Below the pieces are notes generated by a model. That model saw only the letters and a list, made by a program, of their open reading frames with translations, did not search any database and was not told the origin of the DNA. Positions 15,476-25,964 of a stretch of DNA of 34,726 bases are shown in pieces. A program made the position numbers and the translations under genes. Each line of letters starts with the position of its first letter. Positions within the stretch are counted from its first letter, which is position 1. Origin of the DNA: Syntrophomonadaceae bacterium (GTDB taxonomy: Bacteria > Bacillota > Dethiobacteria > DTU022); contig SLHT01000067.1 of assembly GCA_007136055.1 (NCBI GenBank), positions 1-34,726 on the forward strand, given 5' to 3'.

Positions 15476-16846
15476 ATGCTAAAGAGCACTGAAAAACAAG
15501 ATAATAATAAAGTTAAACTGGAAATAGAGGTGGCCGCCCCTGAAGTCGATACAGCGTTGGCCAAAGCTTACCGCAAGGTGGTTAAGGATGTTAATCTGCC
15601 CGGCTTTCGAAAGGGTAAGGTGCCACGCCGTATTTTAGAAACGCGCTTCGGTCCTGAAGTTTTACACGAAGAAGCTCTCGAACTGCTGGTGCCGCCGGCA
15701 TATGAGGAGGCCTTAGAAGAGGCTAATATCGATCCTGTAGGACAGCCCGAATTTGATCTTGTTCAGGTAGAAGAAGGCAAGCCCTTGCTTTTCAATGCTC
15801 TAGTCGAAGTAATTCCTGAGGTTGAGGTGGGTGAATACAAGGGTCTTGAGGTGGAACAGGAAGAAGTTGAAATTGATGACCTGCAGGTTGATCACCACAT
15901 CTATATGCTCAGGGAGCAAAACGCCAGGCTGGTTCCAAAAGAAGGTGAACCGGTTAAAGATGGCGACCTGGTTACAGTTGACTTTAAAGGCTTCATTGAT
16001 GGAGAACCTTTCGGGGGTGGAGAAGCTGAGAACCATTCGCTGGAAATTGGATCTAAATCTTTTATCCCCGGTTTTGAAGAACAGCTGATTGGCGCTAATG
16101 TTGACGAGGAAAAAGAAGTGCAGGTTAAGTTTCCCGATAACTACCGGGAAGATGATATTGCCGGAAAAGAGGCAGTATTTAAGGTGAAAATCAAACAGGT
16201 TAAAGAAAAACAGCTGCCCGATCTCGACGACGAATTTGTTCAGGAAGTCAGCGAACTTGATACTCTTGAAGAAATGAAGGCTGATTTAAAAGAAAAAATG
16301 CAAAAAAATGCTGAAGATCAGTCGAGAATAAAGCTTGAAGAGTCTTTGATCGAGCAGGCGGCCGCTGTTTCAAAAGTAGAACCACCGCAAACTCTTGTGG
16401 AACGGCAGATTGACAGGATGGTAGGCGACATGGAAAATTACCTGCGCTCTCAGGGCATGGAGTTTGATCAGTTTCTTCAGCTCGCGGGGAAAACCAGGGA
16501 AGAAATGCGTGATGAAAGACGGGAAGAGGCGAAACAAAGAACTAAGGCGAACCTGGTTCTTGATGCAATTGCCAAAAAAGAAGGGATCAATATAGAGGAT
16601 GGAGAACTAGATAATAAAATAAATGAGATTGCCGCCAGTTACGATGATGACCCGGCCAGGATCAGAGATATCATTGATAAACAGGGCCGTCTGCCGGTTA
16701 TGATTGAAGAAATGCGTATTCGTAAAGCTATAGATTTATTGGTGGAAGAAGCAAAGATTAAAAAGGTGAAAAAAGAGGAAAAAGCTCCTGAGCAGGAAAA
16801 AGAAGATATAAAAGAAAATGCTGTGCAGAAAGATGCCAAAAAGTAG
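15476..16846 (+). CDS. tig: Trigger factor
   Basis: N-terminal ribosome-binding motif GFRKGKVP, an FKBP-type PPIase core (GDLVTVDFKGFIDGEPFGGG) and a C-terminal chaperone arm, with a Lys/Glu-rich tail. Sits upstream of clpP-clpX. Confidence 0.95.
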   Translation: MLKSTEKQDNNKVKLEIEVAAPEVDTALAKAYRKVVKDVNLPGFRKGKVPRRILETRFGPEVLHEEALELLVPPAYEEALEEANIDPVGQPEFDLVQVEEGKPLLFNALVEVIPEVEVGEYKGLEVEQEEVEIDDLQVDHHIYMLREQNARLVPKEGEPVKDGDLVTVDFKGFIDGEPFGGGEAENHSLEIGSKSFIPGFEEQLIGANVDEEKEVQVKFPDNYREDDIAGKEAVFKVKIKQVKEKQLPDLDDEFVQEVSELDTLEEMKADLKEKMQKNAEDQSRIKLEESLIEQAAAVSKVEPPQTLVERQIDRMVGDMENYLRSQGMEFDQFLQLAGKTREEMRDERREEAKQRTKANLVLDAIAKKEGINIEDGELDNKINEIAASYDDDPARIRDIIDKQGRLPVMIEEMRIRKAIDLLVEEAKIKKVKKEEKAPEQEKEDIKENAVQKDAKK

Positions 16847-16978
16847 TATACTGGTCTATGAAGACAAAAAAGGCTTGTTTTTAGATCAGAATTAAATAAT
16901 AATAAACAAGTAATTAAGAACTGAAAATAAGAGACATAGAGGAGCAACTAACAGAAGCTGTAAGAAGGAGGTTTTATT

Positions 16979-17566
16979 GTGAGTGTTTTAGTGCCTATGG
17001 TTGTAGAACAGACCAGCCGTGGAGAAAGAGCGTATGACATATATTCCCGCTTGCTTAAAGATCGTATTGTATTTTTAGGCACCGCCATAGATGAAAATGT
17101 AGCTAACCTGATCGTAGCCCAGATGCTTTTCCTGGAATCTGAAGATCCGAAAAAGGACATTAACTTGTATATCAATTCTCCTGGCGGGTCGGTTTATGCC
17201 GGGATGGCTGTTTATGATACAATGCGCTACGTTAATCCGGCTGTTTCCACCATTTGTGTCGGGTTGGCTGCCAGCTTCGGTGCAGTCCTGCTCGCTGCAG
17301 GGGATAAAGGGAAGCGCTATGCCCTGCCCAATTCAAGGGTCATGCTGCACCAGCCTGCAGGGGGAGCCCAGGGGCAGGCTGTCGATATTGATATCCATGC
17401 CCGCGAGATCCTGAAGATCAGGGAAACCTTAAATGAAATTTTATCCGATCACACCGGCCAGCCGGTTGAAACAATAGCAAAGGATACCGACCGTGATTTC
17501 TTTATGTCTGCTCAAGATGCAGTGAAATATGGTTTGATAGATGAAATACTAACTAACAGAAGCTAA
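16979..17566 (+). CDS. clpP: ATP-dependent Clp protease proteolytic subunit
   Basis: [27 protein letters not shown], active-site Ser context [11 protein letters not shown], His context MLHQP. GTG start 8 nt after AAGGAGG. Confidence 0.97.
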   Translation: MSVLVPMVVEQTSRGERAYDIYSRLLKDRIVFLGTAIDENVANLIVAQMLFLESEDPKKDINLYINSPGGSVYAGMAVYDTMRYVNPAVSTICVGLAASFGAVLLAAGDKGKRYALPNSRVMLHQPAGGAQGQAVDIDIHAREILKIRETLNEILSDHTGQPVETIAKDTDRDFFMSAQDAVKYGLIDEILTNRS

Positions 17567-17599
17567 CCCAAATAAATGGAGATGAGGTGAACTCTCCAC

Positions 17600-18859
17600 A
17601 TGTTTAAATTTAATGAAGAAAAAGGACATTTAAAGTGCTCATTTTGCGGAAAGACCCAGGAACAGGTCCGAAAGCTTGTTGCAGGCCCGGGGGTATATAT
17701 TTGCGATGAGTGCATAGAGCTTTGCAACGAGATCATCGAAGAGGAAATTGGCGAAGATGCTGAATTGGGTTATGTTGAACTTCCTAATCCGCAGGATATT
17801 AAGGACGTGCTCGATCAATATGTAATTGGGCAGGAACTTGCCAAGAAGAGTCTCTCGGTTGCGGTTTATAATCACTACAAAAGGGTCAATGCAAGTCAAA
17901 AAGTAGAAGATGTTGAACTGCAGAAAAGTAACATTGCCTTGATTGGGCCGACCGGGGTTGGAAAGACCCTTTTAGCCCAGACCCTGGCCCGCATTTTAAA
18001 TGTTCCTTTTGCTATTGCCGATGCCACCTCGCTAACTGAGGCCGGCTATGTCGGCGAAGATGTCGAAAATATCCTGCTTAAGCTGATCCAGGCCGCAGAT
18101 TATGACCTGGAAAAAGCAGAAAAAGGGATCATTTATATTGATGAGATCGATAAGATTGCCCGCAAAACGGATAACCCTTCCATTACGCGCGATGTTTCAG
18201 GGGAAGGTGTTCAGCAGGCCCTGCTGAAGATCCTTGAGGGAACGGTTGCCAGTGTGCCACCCCAGGGCGGGCGAAAGCACCCTCATCAGGAATTTATGCA
18301 GATCGATACTACAGATATCCTTTTCATCTGCGGCGGGGCTTTCGATGGCCTGGAAAAAATTATTCAGAATCGTGTTGGCAGTAAAGGGATTGGTTTCGGG
18401 GCTGAAGTTATGACTCGCGATGACGGCAATCTTGGTGAAGTCCTGAAGCAGATCCTGCCCCAGGATTTACTCAAATACGGTTTAATACCCGAGTTTGTGG
18501 GTAGAATTCCCGTTATTGCTACTCTTGATCCCCTGGACAGCGAAGCTTTTGTACGTATCCTTACTGAACCTCGCAATGCCCTGGTCAAGCAGTACCAGAA
18601 AATATTTGAAATAGATGGCGTTACTCTTGAGTTTAAAGAAAGCTGCCTGTTGGCGATTGCCGAAGAGGCGATGAAAAGAAATACAGGGGCCAGGGGTCTG
18701 CGGGCTATCCTTGAAGAAATCCTGCTTGATGTTATGTTCGATTTGCCGTCCAGGGGCGATATTGAACGCTGCGTAATGACAAAGGAAGTTGTCACTAACA
18801 AAGAAAATCCGATCCTGGCCACTAAGAATAAACGTAAGAAAAAAGAGGAAAGTGCATAA
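17600..18859 (+). CDS. clpX: ATP-dependent Clp protease ATP-binding subunit ClpX
   Basis: Zinc-binding CSFCGK...CDEC. Walker [16 protein letters not shown]. Walker [18 protein letters not shown] pore loop. IGF-type loop GIGFG. Confidence 0.97.
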   Translation: MFKFNEEKGHLKCSFCGKTQEQVRKLVAGPGVYICDECIELCNEIIEEEIGEDAELGYVELPNPQDIKDVLDQYVIGQELAKKSLSVAVYNHYKRVNASQKVEDVELQKSNIALIGPTGVGKTLLAQTLARILNVPFAIADATSLTEAGYVGEDVENILLKLIQAADYDLEKAEKGIIYIDEIDKIARKTDNPSITRDVSGEGVQQALLKILEGTVASVPPQGGRKHPHQEFMQIDTTDILFICGGAFDGLEKIIQNRVGSKGIGFGAEVMTRDDGNLGEVLKQILPQDLLKYGLIPEFVGRIPVIATLDPLDSEAFVRILTEPRNALVKQYQKIFEIDGVTLEFKESCLLAIAEEAMKRNTGARGLRAILEEILLDVMFDLPSRGDIERCVMTKEVVTNKENPILATKNKRKKKEESA

Positions 18860-18913
18860 CTTAGAAATTACTGATACAACAGGGTCTAAAAAGATTATTA
18901 AAGGTAGATTTTA

Positions 18914-18957
18914 GCGGGAAGCGAATATTACAATTAATTGTGCTTCTCGCTTTAACT
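18914..18957 (+). terminator. Possible terminator or attenuator hairpin between clpX and lon
   Basis: GCGGGAAGC (18914-18922) pairs with GCTTCTCGC (18942-18950, one G-U pair) with a 19-nt loop, followed by TTTAACTTTT. The long loop makes it a weak call. Confidence 0.35.
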
Positions 18958-18984
18958 TTTCAATTTGAAAGGTGGTTTTTGAAT

Positions 18985-21390
18985 ATGTCTGAAAAAGAAA
19001 ACTTGCCCGTGCTTCCTTTAAGAGGAGTGCTGGTATTTCCCAATATGGTTCTTCATCTTGATGTTGGCAGGGAAAGATCTATATCTGCCATCGAGCGTTC
19101 GATGTTGATAGATAACCGGATTCTGCTTGTAGCCCAAAAAAATGCCAGGGTAGATGAGCCGGATCAGGGTGAACTTTATGAGGTAGGGACTGTGGCGGAA
19201 GTTAAGCAGATGATTAAACTTCCCGGTGGGACGATCCGTGTTTTAGTAGAGGGATTGACAAGGGCTAAAGTATTAGAAATATTTAGCGAAGAGTTGTATC
19301 TTCAGGCGGAATTAGAAATTATTGAAGATAAAAGTAAAAAAACAGCGGAAATAGAAGCGCAGATGCGCAGTTTGCTAGACCAGTTCGAGCAGTATATAAA
19401 AACCAGCCGCAAAGTGCCCCCTGAAACCCTGACTACTGTGACCGAGATCGAAGAACCCGGACGTTTTGCTGATGTTGTTGCTTCTCACCTGAGTATGAAA
19501 ATCAAGCAAAAGCAAGAGATTTTGGAAGCTATTGATGCCAGGGATCGTATTGAGAAGCTAAATGAAATAATGAGCAGGGAAATGGAGATATTGGAAATAG
19601 AACGCAAAATTAACCACCGAGTTCGTAAGCAGATGGAAAAGACGCAGAAAGAGTACTACCTGCGCGAGCAGATGAAAGCGATTCAACATGAACTCGGTGA
19701 AAAAGATGAACGGATGGCTGAAGCTGAAGAATATCGCGAGAAAATTGCCGAGGCCAACCTGCCTGAAGAAGTTGAAGAAAAAGCGTTAAAAGAAGTCGAA
19801 CGTCTTGAGAAAATGCCTCCTGCTGCAGCAGAAGGGACTGTAATCAGGACCTATCTGGACTGGATGCTTGAGCTGCCCTGGGCACTGGAAACTGAAGACC
19901 GCCTTGACCTTGAGAGGGCCGAGGAAATTTTAGATGAAGATCACTATGGGCTGGATAAAGTGAAAGAAAGGATCATTGAATATCTTGCCGTGCGCCAGCT
20001 GGCAAATCAGCTAAAAGGACCTATCCTCTGCCTGGTAGGCCCCCCCGGTGTCGGTAAGACATCGCTGGCCAAATCTGTAGCCAGGGCTCTCGAGCGTAAC
20101 TTTGTGCGTATTTCTTTGGGAGGTGTCCGTGATGAAGCTGAAATAAGAGGCCACAGGCGAACTTATATTGGGGCCCTGCCGGGACGAATTATTCAGGGTA
20201 TGCGTCAGGCTAAATCAAAAAACCCGGTTTTCTTGATGGATGAAATCGATAAAATGTCTACAGACTTTAGAGGTGACCCTTCAGCTGCCCTGCTTGAAGT
20301 GCTTGATCCCGAACAAAACAACAGTTTTAGCGATCACTATATAGAAGTGCCTTTTGACCTTTCCCAGGTAATGTTTATTACTACGGGTAACACATCCTAT
20401 AACATTCCTCAGGCTTTGCTTGACAGGATGGAATTAATTCATATTCCTGGTTATACCGAAGAAGACAAGGTTGAAATTGCCCGCCAGTATCTGATTCCCA
20501 AGCAGCTTGAAGAACACGGGCTGACTGATAAAAACCTGGAAATATCAGAAGGTTCCCTGCGCGGGGTTATTCGTGAGTATACCAGGGAAGCAGGTGTGCG
20601 CAACCTGGAGCGAAGTATTTCCGCAATCTGTCGTAAAGTAGCGAAGGAAGTGGTTAAAGACCGTAAGAAGCTTGTCAGGCTTACGCAACAAAGCCTGCAA
20701 AAATACATGGGGATTCCGCGTTACCGGTATGGAGCAGCTGAAAAACAAGATGAAATCGGCGTGGCTACAGGCCTGGCCTGGACCGAAAGCGGCGGAGACC
20801 TGCTTTCAATTGAAATTACCCTGTTGAAGGGTAAAGGTAAAATGACCCTTACGGGCCAGCTTGGTGAAGTGATGCAGGAGTCAGCCAAAGCAGCAATGAG
20901 CTATATTCGGTCGCGGGCTGAATCGTTGGGGCTGGATGAAAACTTCTACGAAGATATAGATATTCACATCCATGTGCCTGAAGGCGCCATTCCCAAGGAT
21001 GGTCCTTCGGCTGGAATTGCTATGGCTACTGCCCTGGCTTCAGCCCTGACCAAAATGCCGGTCAGGAACGATGTGACCATGACCGGGGAAATAACCCTGC
21101 GCGGGCGTGTCCTGCCGGTAGGCGGAGTAAAAGAAAAAATGCTTGCCGCTCACCGCGCCGGGATTAAATACATGCTCATGCCGGCCGAAAACCGCCGCGA
21201 TTTAAGTGACATTCCTCAGAATGTGAAGCGTAAAGTAGAAGTAAAAATGGTTGAGCATATGGATGAGGTACTTGAAATGGCCCTTGCTAAACCGGAAGAC
21301 GGCCGGGACAATGAAAAAAAAGTAAGAGAAATAAAGGAGAACGAGCTCAATCTACCTGAAGGCAGCCATGATTCTCACCTACAGCATTAA
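18985..21390 (+). CDS. lon: Lon protease (LonA)
   Basis: LON N-domain ([13 protein letters not shown]), Walker [14 protein letters not shown], Walker [10 protein letters not shown], protease Ser context [14 protein letters not shown] at 18985 has AAAGGTGG 7 nt upstream. The 15 codons added by the GTG track start at 18940 are not Lon-like. Confidence 0.95.
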   Translation: MSEKENLPVLPLRGVLVFPNMVLHLDVGRERSISAIERSMLIDNRILLVAQKNARVDEPDQGELYEVGTVAEVKQMIKLPGGTIRVLVEGLTRAKVLEIFSEELYLQAELEIIEDKSKKTAEIEAQMRSLLDQFEQYIKTSRKVPPETLTTVTEIEEPGRFADVVASHLSMKIKQKQEILEAIDARDRIEKLNEIMSREMEILEIERKINHRVRKQMEKTQKEYYLREQMKAIQHELGEKDERMAEAEEYREKIAEANLPEEVEEKALKEVERLEKMPPAAAEGTVIRTYLDWMLELPWALETEDRLDLERAEEILDEDHYGLDKVKERIIEYLAVRQLANQLKGPILCLVGPPGVGKTSLAKSVARALERNFVRISLGGVRDEAEIRGHRRTYIGALPGRIIQGMRQAKSKNPVFLMDEIDKMSTDFRGDPSAALLEVLDPEQNNSFSDHYIEVPFDLSQVMFITTGNTSYNIPQALLDRMELIHIPGYTEEDKVEIARQYLIPKQLEEHGLTDKNLEISEGSLRGVIREYTREAGVRNLERSISAICRKVAKEVVKDRKKLVRLTQQSLQKYMGIPRYRYGAAEKQDEIGVATGLAWTESGGDLLSIEITLLKGKGKMTLTGQLGEVMQESAKAAMSYIRSRAESLGLDENFYEDIDIHIHVPEGAIPKDGPSAGIAMATALASALTKMPVRNDVTMTGEITLRGRVLPVGGVKEKMLAAHRAGIKYMLMPAENRRDLSDIPQNVKRKVEVKMVEHMDEVLEMALAKPEDGRDNEKKVREIKENELNLPEGSHDSHLQH

Positions 21391-21430
21391 GATGAGACAA
21401 GTTGTAGGATTCAGGAAGCAAGGTGAACAA

Positions 21431-22012
21431 GTGAAAGTTAAACAGGCGGAATTAAAGGCAGCAGCATACAACGCAAATGACTTTCCAACCTGGGATTATC
21501 CCGAAGTTTCATTTATCGGCCGTTCCAATGTTGGCAAGTCGTCTTTGCTAAATAACCTGATTGGGCGCAAAAACCTGGCTCGAACCAGTTCTACACCCGG
21601 TAAAACCAGGGGCCTGTATTTTTATCTTTTAAACGAAAAACTCTGTTTTGTTGATCTGCCCGGGTATGGTTACGCAAAAGTTTCGAAAAAAGAACGGGAA
21701 CGCTGGGCTCCGATTATCGAAGATTACCTGGGCACCAGGCTTAACCTTCGCGGCTGTCTGCATTTAATAGACTGCCGCCATGAGCCGACAGAATCTGACC
21801 GGCTCATGTCTGATTGGCTTCGTGCGCATACTATCACTACCATCACCATAGCTACAAAAGCAGATAAAATTTCTCGCGGGGCTTTGAATAAACAACTGGC
21901 CGTTATCCGTAAAGGCCTCGGTTTTTTTGAAGATGATCTGCTTCTGCCCTTTTCTGCCCGTACCGGGGCCGGTCGCGATCAGGCTTGGAAAGCGATTAAC
22001 GGCTTGTTTTAA
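21431..22012 (+). CDS. engB: Ribosome-biogenesis GTPase EngB/YsxC (YihA)
   Basis: G1 GRSNVGKSSLLN, G3 DLPGYGYA, G4 TKADK. GTG at 21431 (RBS AAGGTGA) gives VKVKQAELKAAAY, which aligns with the MKVTKSEIVISAV N-terminus of B. subtilis YsxC as I recall it. The track start at 21368 would overlap lon. Confidence 0.9.
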   Translation: MKVKQAELKAAAYNANDFPTWDYPEVSFIGRSNVGKSSLLNNLIGRKNLARTSSTPGKTRGLYFYLLNEKLCFVDLPGYGYAKVSKKERERWAPIIEDYLGTRLNLRGCLHLIDCRHEPTESDRLMSDWLRAHTITTITIATKADKISRGALNKQLAVIRKGLGFFEDDLLLPFSARTGAGRDQAWKAINGLF

Positions 22013-22027
22013 AGGAGGCAATTTCCC

Positions 22028-22804
22028 TTGGTTGTAGCCGGAATAGACGTCGGCTCCCTCACTGCAGAAGTAGTCTTGCTCGATAGAGGAGAGGTCATGC
22101 ACTATGTGATCATGCCCACCGGCGCAAATAGTAAAACTGCCGCTGAAAAAGCGATAGATACTGCCCTTGAAGCTGTGGGTCTCAGGCGCTCTGATTTAGA
22201 CTATGTGGTGGCGACAGGTTACGGAAGAGTAAGCATCGAGTTTGCTGACAAGAGGATTACCGAAATAACCTGCCATGGGCGGGGTGCATACTATTTAAAC
22301 CCAGCGGTGCGTACAGTGATCGATATCGGCGGACAGGACAGTAAAGTGATCAGTTTAAGTGATAAGGGTAAGGTTTTAGACTTTGCAATGAATGACAAGT
22401 GTGCTGCCGGAACCGGGCGTTTTCTGGAAGTGATGGCCCAGGCCCTTGAAGTTGAATTAGAAGGACTTGCTGAATTGAGCGATCAGGCTCAAGACACAGT
22501 ATCGATCAGCAGTATATGCACGGTATTTGCTGAATCGGAAGTGGTTTCTTTGATTGCCCGGGGTCTGCCGCGTGAAAATATTGCCCTCGGCCTGCACCAG
22601 TCAATTGCAGATCGGACTGCCGGAATGGTTCACAGGATCGGTCTCGAGGAAGCTGTAATGATCACCGGGGGAGTTGCCAAAAATGCAGCGGTTGTCAGGG
22701 CCTTAAATGAAAAACTAAAAACTGATATTATCGTTCCCAACGAGCCTCAAATCGCAGGAGCCCTTGGTGCCGCCCTGCTGGCGGCTGAAGAACTGTTAAA
22801 TTGA
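22028..22804 (+). CDS. BcrAD/BadFG/HgdC-family ATPase (activator of 2-hydroxyacyl-CoA dehydratase or benzoyl-CoA reductase type enzymes)
   Basis: ASKHA ATPase motifs GIDVGS and DIGGQDSK. Both [4Fe-4S]-bridging Cys contexts are present (NDKCAAGTGRF and SSICTVFAESE). Similar along the whole length to Acidaminococcus HgdC as I recall it. TTG start 9 nt after AAGGAGG, 15 nt after the engB stop. Confidence 0.88.
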   Translation: MVVAGIDVGSLTAEVVLLDRGEVMHYVIMPTGANSKTAAEKAIDTALEAVGLRRSDLDYVVATGYGRVSIEFADKRITEITCHGRGAYYLNPAVRTVIDIGGQDSKVISLSDKGKVLDFAMNDKCAAGTGRFLEVMAQALEVELEGLAELSDQAQDTVSISSICTVFAESEVVSLIARGLPRENIALGLHQSIADRTAGMVHRIGLEEAVMITGGVAKNAAVVRALNEKLKTDIIVPNEPQIAGALGAALLAAEELLN

Positions 22805-22935
22805 AACGGGTCTTTTTTGTCTGCTGCAGTTAAATAAGGGGCGATAAGCGGCTGACCATCTTGAAGCAATTCGTATTACGGAGGAGTGCAGATTGCTGAG
22901 CCCGTATCATTTGAATTCATAAGGAAGGGTTAGAT

Positions 22936-24183
22936 ATGAAGCTGCCTTACGGTCATGAAAGAATTCCCCTTGAACTTCCTGATGGTGTCTCTTATCAACT
23001 TTTGCAGGCTGATCGAAAGGAACCGCTTGCTGACCCCGAAGAATCTCTTTTGAAAGCACTTCGCAACCCAATTGCTTCACCGCCACTTAGGAAAGTTGTG
23101 AAGGCAGGAGAAACGGTCTGCCTGTTGGTCAATGATTCGACAAGAGTGGCCCGAAGCGAGTTCTTCCTGCCTTACCTGGTTGAAGAGCTGCGAGAAGCGG
23201 GAATTAAAGAAAAAGATATGTTTATTGTTTTTACCAACGGTTCGCACCGCGCGCTCGAGCGGTCTGAAATGGAAAGTCTTGTTGGCAGGGCGGTTGCCTC
23301 TAAAATACCAATGTATAATCACTTTAGCAGGAACAGTGAAGATATGGTTTATGTGGGCAAAACCTCTTTTGATACTTCTGTTTACGTCAATAAAAAAGTT
23401 ATGGAGGCTGACCTGCGTATTTTAACCGGCAGTGTAGTTCACCATTTCTTCGCCGGTTTTGGCGGCGGACGCAAAGCCCTCATTCCCGGAGTGGCGGGCT
23501 GGGAAACTATTGAGCATAACCACAGCCTTTTGTTTGATGACCGGGCTTACAGCGGAAGACTTAACGGAAACCCGGTTCACGAAGATTTGCTTGAAGCTGC
23601 CCTGATGGTCGGGGGCGGTTTTCTATTAAACACAGTGCTTGATCAAGACAAGCAGATTCTTGGCTTTTTTGCCGGGGATATGATCCAGGCCCATTTAGAA
23701 GCCTGTAACATGGTAGAACAGGTTAACGGGGTTCAGATTAAAGAACTTGCTGATCTGGTGATTGCTTCCTGTGGAGGACACCCGAAAGATATTAATGTTT
23801 ACCAGGCGCACAAAACCCTGGATAATGCCATGCGGGCTGTAAAGCCGGGAGGACAGGTTATCCTTGTGGCCAGCTGTGCTGAGGGGGTTGGTTCTGATGC
23901 TTATGAACAGTGGGCGGTTAAGTACAGCTCCCTGCCGGAACTGGAAGCAGCTTTGCGCAAGAACTTTGCCCTGGGCGGCCATAAGGCCTTTACCGTAGCC
24001 AGGCTGCTGCAGCGGGGCAGGGTTTACCTGGTTTCCGATCTGGAACCTGATCAGGCTGCAATGCTCGGTTTCATCCCCCTATCATCTCTCGAGGAAGCCG
24101 TGGCTAAAGTGTACGGCAATAAAAAAAGTTTTCTAACCTATGTTATCCCCCAGGGATCCCTGGTTGTGCCCCACATAAAATGA
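22936..24183 (+). CDS. LarA-family nickel-pincer-nucleotide-dependent 2-hydroxyacid racemase/epimerase homolog (DUF2088)
   Basis: Conserved LarA contexts NDSTR, FTNGSHR, VHHFFAGFGGGRK, EHNHS, GGHPKDINVYQAHK. RBS AAGGAAGGG. Confidence 0.85.
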   Translation: MKLPYGHERIPLELPDGVSYQLLQADRKEPLADPEESLLKALRNPIASPPLRKVVKAGETVCLLVNDSTRVARSEFFLPYLVEELREAGIKEKDMFIVFTNGSHRALERSEMESLVGRAVASKIPMYNHFSRNSEDMVYVGKTSFDTSVYVNKKVMEADLRILTGSVVHHFFAGFGGGRKALIPGVAGWETIEHNHSLLFDDRAYSGRLNGNPVHEDLLEAALMVGGGFLLNTVLDQDKQILGFFAGDMIQAHLEACNMVEQVNGVQIKELADLVIASCGGHPKDINVYQAHKTLDNAMRAVKPGGQVILVASCAEGVGSDAYEQWAVKYSSLPELEAALRKNFALGGHKAFTVARLLQRGRVYLVSDLEPDQAAMLGFIPLSSLEEAVAKVYGNKKSFLTYVIPQGSLVVPHIK

Positions 24184-24368
24184 GCTTAATCCTGAATTCC
24201 CTAACTGGAGGTTTTTAATCTGACATGAAATAGGTGTGCAGAAAAGATGGAAAAGATGAAGCAGAGCGTGTGCTGAAGGAATAAAACATTGGACTGATGT
24301 CAATGTTTGCGAAAGACTATCCATTAAAACAAACCAACAAATAAGCGCTGCTGCATTTCAAGGAAAGC

Positions 24369-24962
24369 TTACTTGCCGTCAAGGATGTGCCCCAGCTTGT
24401 TTTGCTCCAGGTTTTTTTGAATCTGCTTTGCCAGGAAAATGGCCAGGGCTGCTTTTATCAGGTCAAGGGGTAAAAAAGGGATTACTCCGACCAGTAAAAT
24501 TTGCCCTAAACTATAACCCATGATCAGGCCGAGCTGGATTCCTCCGCACAGGTAAATTAAAGTTAAAGCGGTCAGCATGGCGACAGCAGCTCTGTAAACT
24601 GAAGGCTGCTCTTTTTTTTCTATTAGCGAGGCTGCAAAAAAAACTGCGGGAATAAAACCCCACAGGTATCCTCCGGTAGGTCCGGTAAGCATGTAAATGC
24701 CGCCGCGGGCGAGCGAGAAAACCGGCGCTCCTGCTGCACCGAGTAAAAGGTAGGCAGTTATTGATAAAACAGCGGTACGCCTATCCAGAAGCGCTCCTGC
24801 AAGTAATACGCCGGCTACCTGCCCGGTAAAGGGGATTGGGCTAAAAGGCAGAGGTACTGCTACCTGGGCCAGAATAGCAATTAAGGCAGTAAAAAGGGCG
24901 CTTAGGGTCAATTTTTGGATTAAATACCTGTTTGGATTGTGATGGTTAGATAAGTTCGCCAT
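24369..24962 (-). CDS. bioY: Biotin transporter S-component BioY
   Basis: Six-TM protein with BioY blocks (VPLPFSPIPFTGQVAGVLLAG, GPTGGYLWGF, IPFLPLDLIK). Its start overlaps the birA stop by 17 nt. Confidence 0.88.
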   Translation of the reverse strand: MANLSNHHNPNRYLIQKLTLSALFTALIAILAQVAVPLPFSPIPFTGQVAGVLLAGALLDRRTAVLSITAYLLLGAAGAPVFSLARGGIYMLTGPTGGYLWGFIPAVFFAASLIEKKEQPSVYRAAVAMLTALTLIYLCGGIQLGLIMGYSLGQILLVGVIPFLPLDLIKAALAIFLAKQIQKNLEQNKLGHILDGK

Positions 24963-25896
24963 AGTTTATTGTGTGGATTTCGCCCCTGTTATCCTGAATT
25001 TGAAGAGCGCCTTCTTTTGTCAGGTGCAGCGCTTTTCCTTGTAACAATCCGCCCTGCCAGCTGATGGTTACCCGCTGCCCCAGGGTAATGTTGTATTTTT
25101 TCCAGGGCATATAAAAAGGAGCAAAACCTTCGTTGAGGAAAAGGTTAAATGCTTTTACAAGGTTATCGCGGAAGGATAAAAGAAGATCAGTCCGGTTGAA
25201 GAGTTTACCGCTTTCAATGTGTAGTGATGTGGCAACCTTTCTTAGCCCTTTTGGGAAATCCTGCTCCTGCTGGTTAATATTTAAGCCAATACCGATGATT
25301 AAATATTCTATTTGATCCAGTTCTCCTTTCAGCTCAGTAAGGATGCCTCCTGCTTTTTTTCCTCTAATCAAAAGATCGTTTGGCCATTTAACTTTCATGG
25401 GCAGACCGTATTGATTATTAATCTGGTTGGCTAGGACTGCTGCCGCAACCAGGGTAACAGGAGCAGCCTGGGTAGGGATGAGCATCCTTGGTCTCAGTAG
25501 AATTGAGAACCAGAGTCCATTTGCTTTGGGTGAAAACCAGCTACGTCCAAGTCGGCCGCGCCCATTTTTTTGTTCTTCGGCTACAACGATGCTGTAATTA
25601 GGGGCGCCTTCTTCAGCAAGCAGGCGGGCGGTCAGGTTGGTCGAATCGACAGCCTGATAATAGTAGATGCTTCTTTGCTTGAACTTTTCGATGTTTAGCA
25701 AATCGGGCTCTCTATCCAGGCGATAACCCTGGTTGGGAAGGGCGCTGATCTGGTAACCGTTTTGACGTAACGAGCGGACATGTTTCCATATAGCGGCCCG
25801 GCTGATACCAATTTCACTGCATAATAAGGCGCCTGATAAATATTGTCCCTCTTTGTCGCGTAACCTTGACAGTATTAATTCTTTGTTTTTAGACAT
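24946..25896 (-). CDS. birA: Bifunctional biotin-[acetyl-CoA-carboxylase] ligase and biotin-operon repressor BirA
   Basis: N-terminal wHTH (YLSGALLCSEIGISRAAIWKHVRSLRQNGY), biotin-binding loop GRGRLGRSWFS, KWPNDLL block. Confidence 0.92.
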   Translation of the reverse strand: MSKNKELILSRLRDKEGQYLSGALLCSEIGISRAAIWKHVRSLRQNGYQISALPNQGYRLDREPDLLNIEKFKQRSIYYYQAVDSTNLTARLLAEEGAPNYSIVVAEEQKNGRGRLGRSWFSPKANGLWFSILLRPRMLIPTQAAPVTLVAAAVLANQINNQYGLPMKVKWPNDLLIRGKKAGGILTELKGELDQIEYLIIGIGLNINQQEQDFPKGLRKVATSLHIESGKLFNRTDLLLSFRDNLVKAFNLFLNEGFAPFYMPWKKYNITLGQRVTISWQGGLLQGKALHLTKEGALQIQDNRGEIHTINYGELI

Positions 25897-25964
25897 ATCA
25901 TCACCATATACAAATGAGCGAAAGTATTTAATGTAAATTAAATGATAGGTCTTTTCAGCGGTAA

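Noticed and set aside
18940-18984. Upstream extensions of ORF-track starts: lon GTG 18940, engB ATG 21368, korD 27641, korB GTG 29063, fadR ATG 15230
   Set aside because: The extensions lack ribosome-binding sites, add non-homologous N-terminal residues, or overlap the preceding gene or operator. Internal starts with good RBS spacing match the ortholog N-termini I remember.
24284-24308. AAACATTG-N9-CAATGTTT hairpin between convergent larA-like and bioY genes, as a bidirectional terminator
   Set aside because: The stem is AT-rich and only 8 bp long. A TTTTATT run follows on the minus strand, so it may terminate birA-bioY, but the predicted stability is too low for me to list it as a feature.
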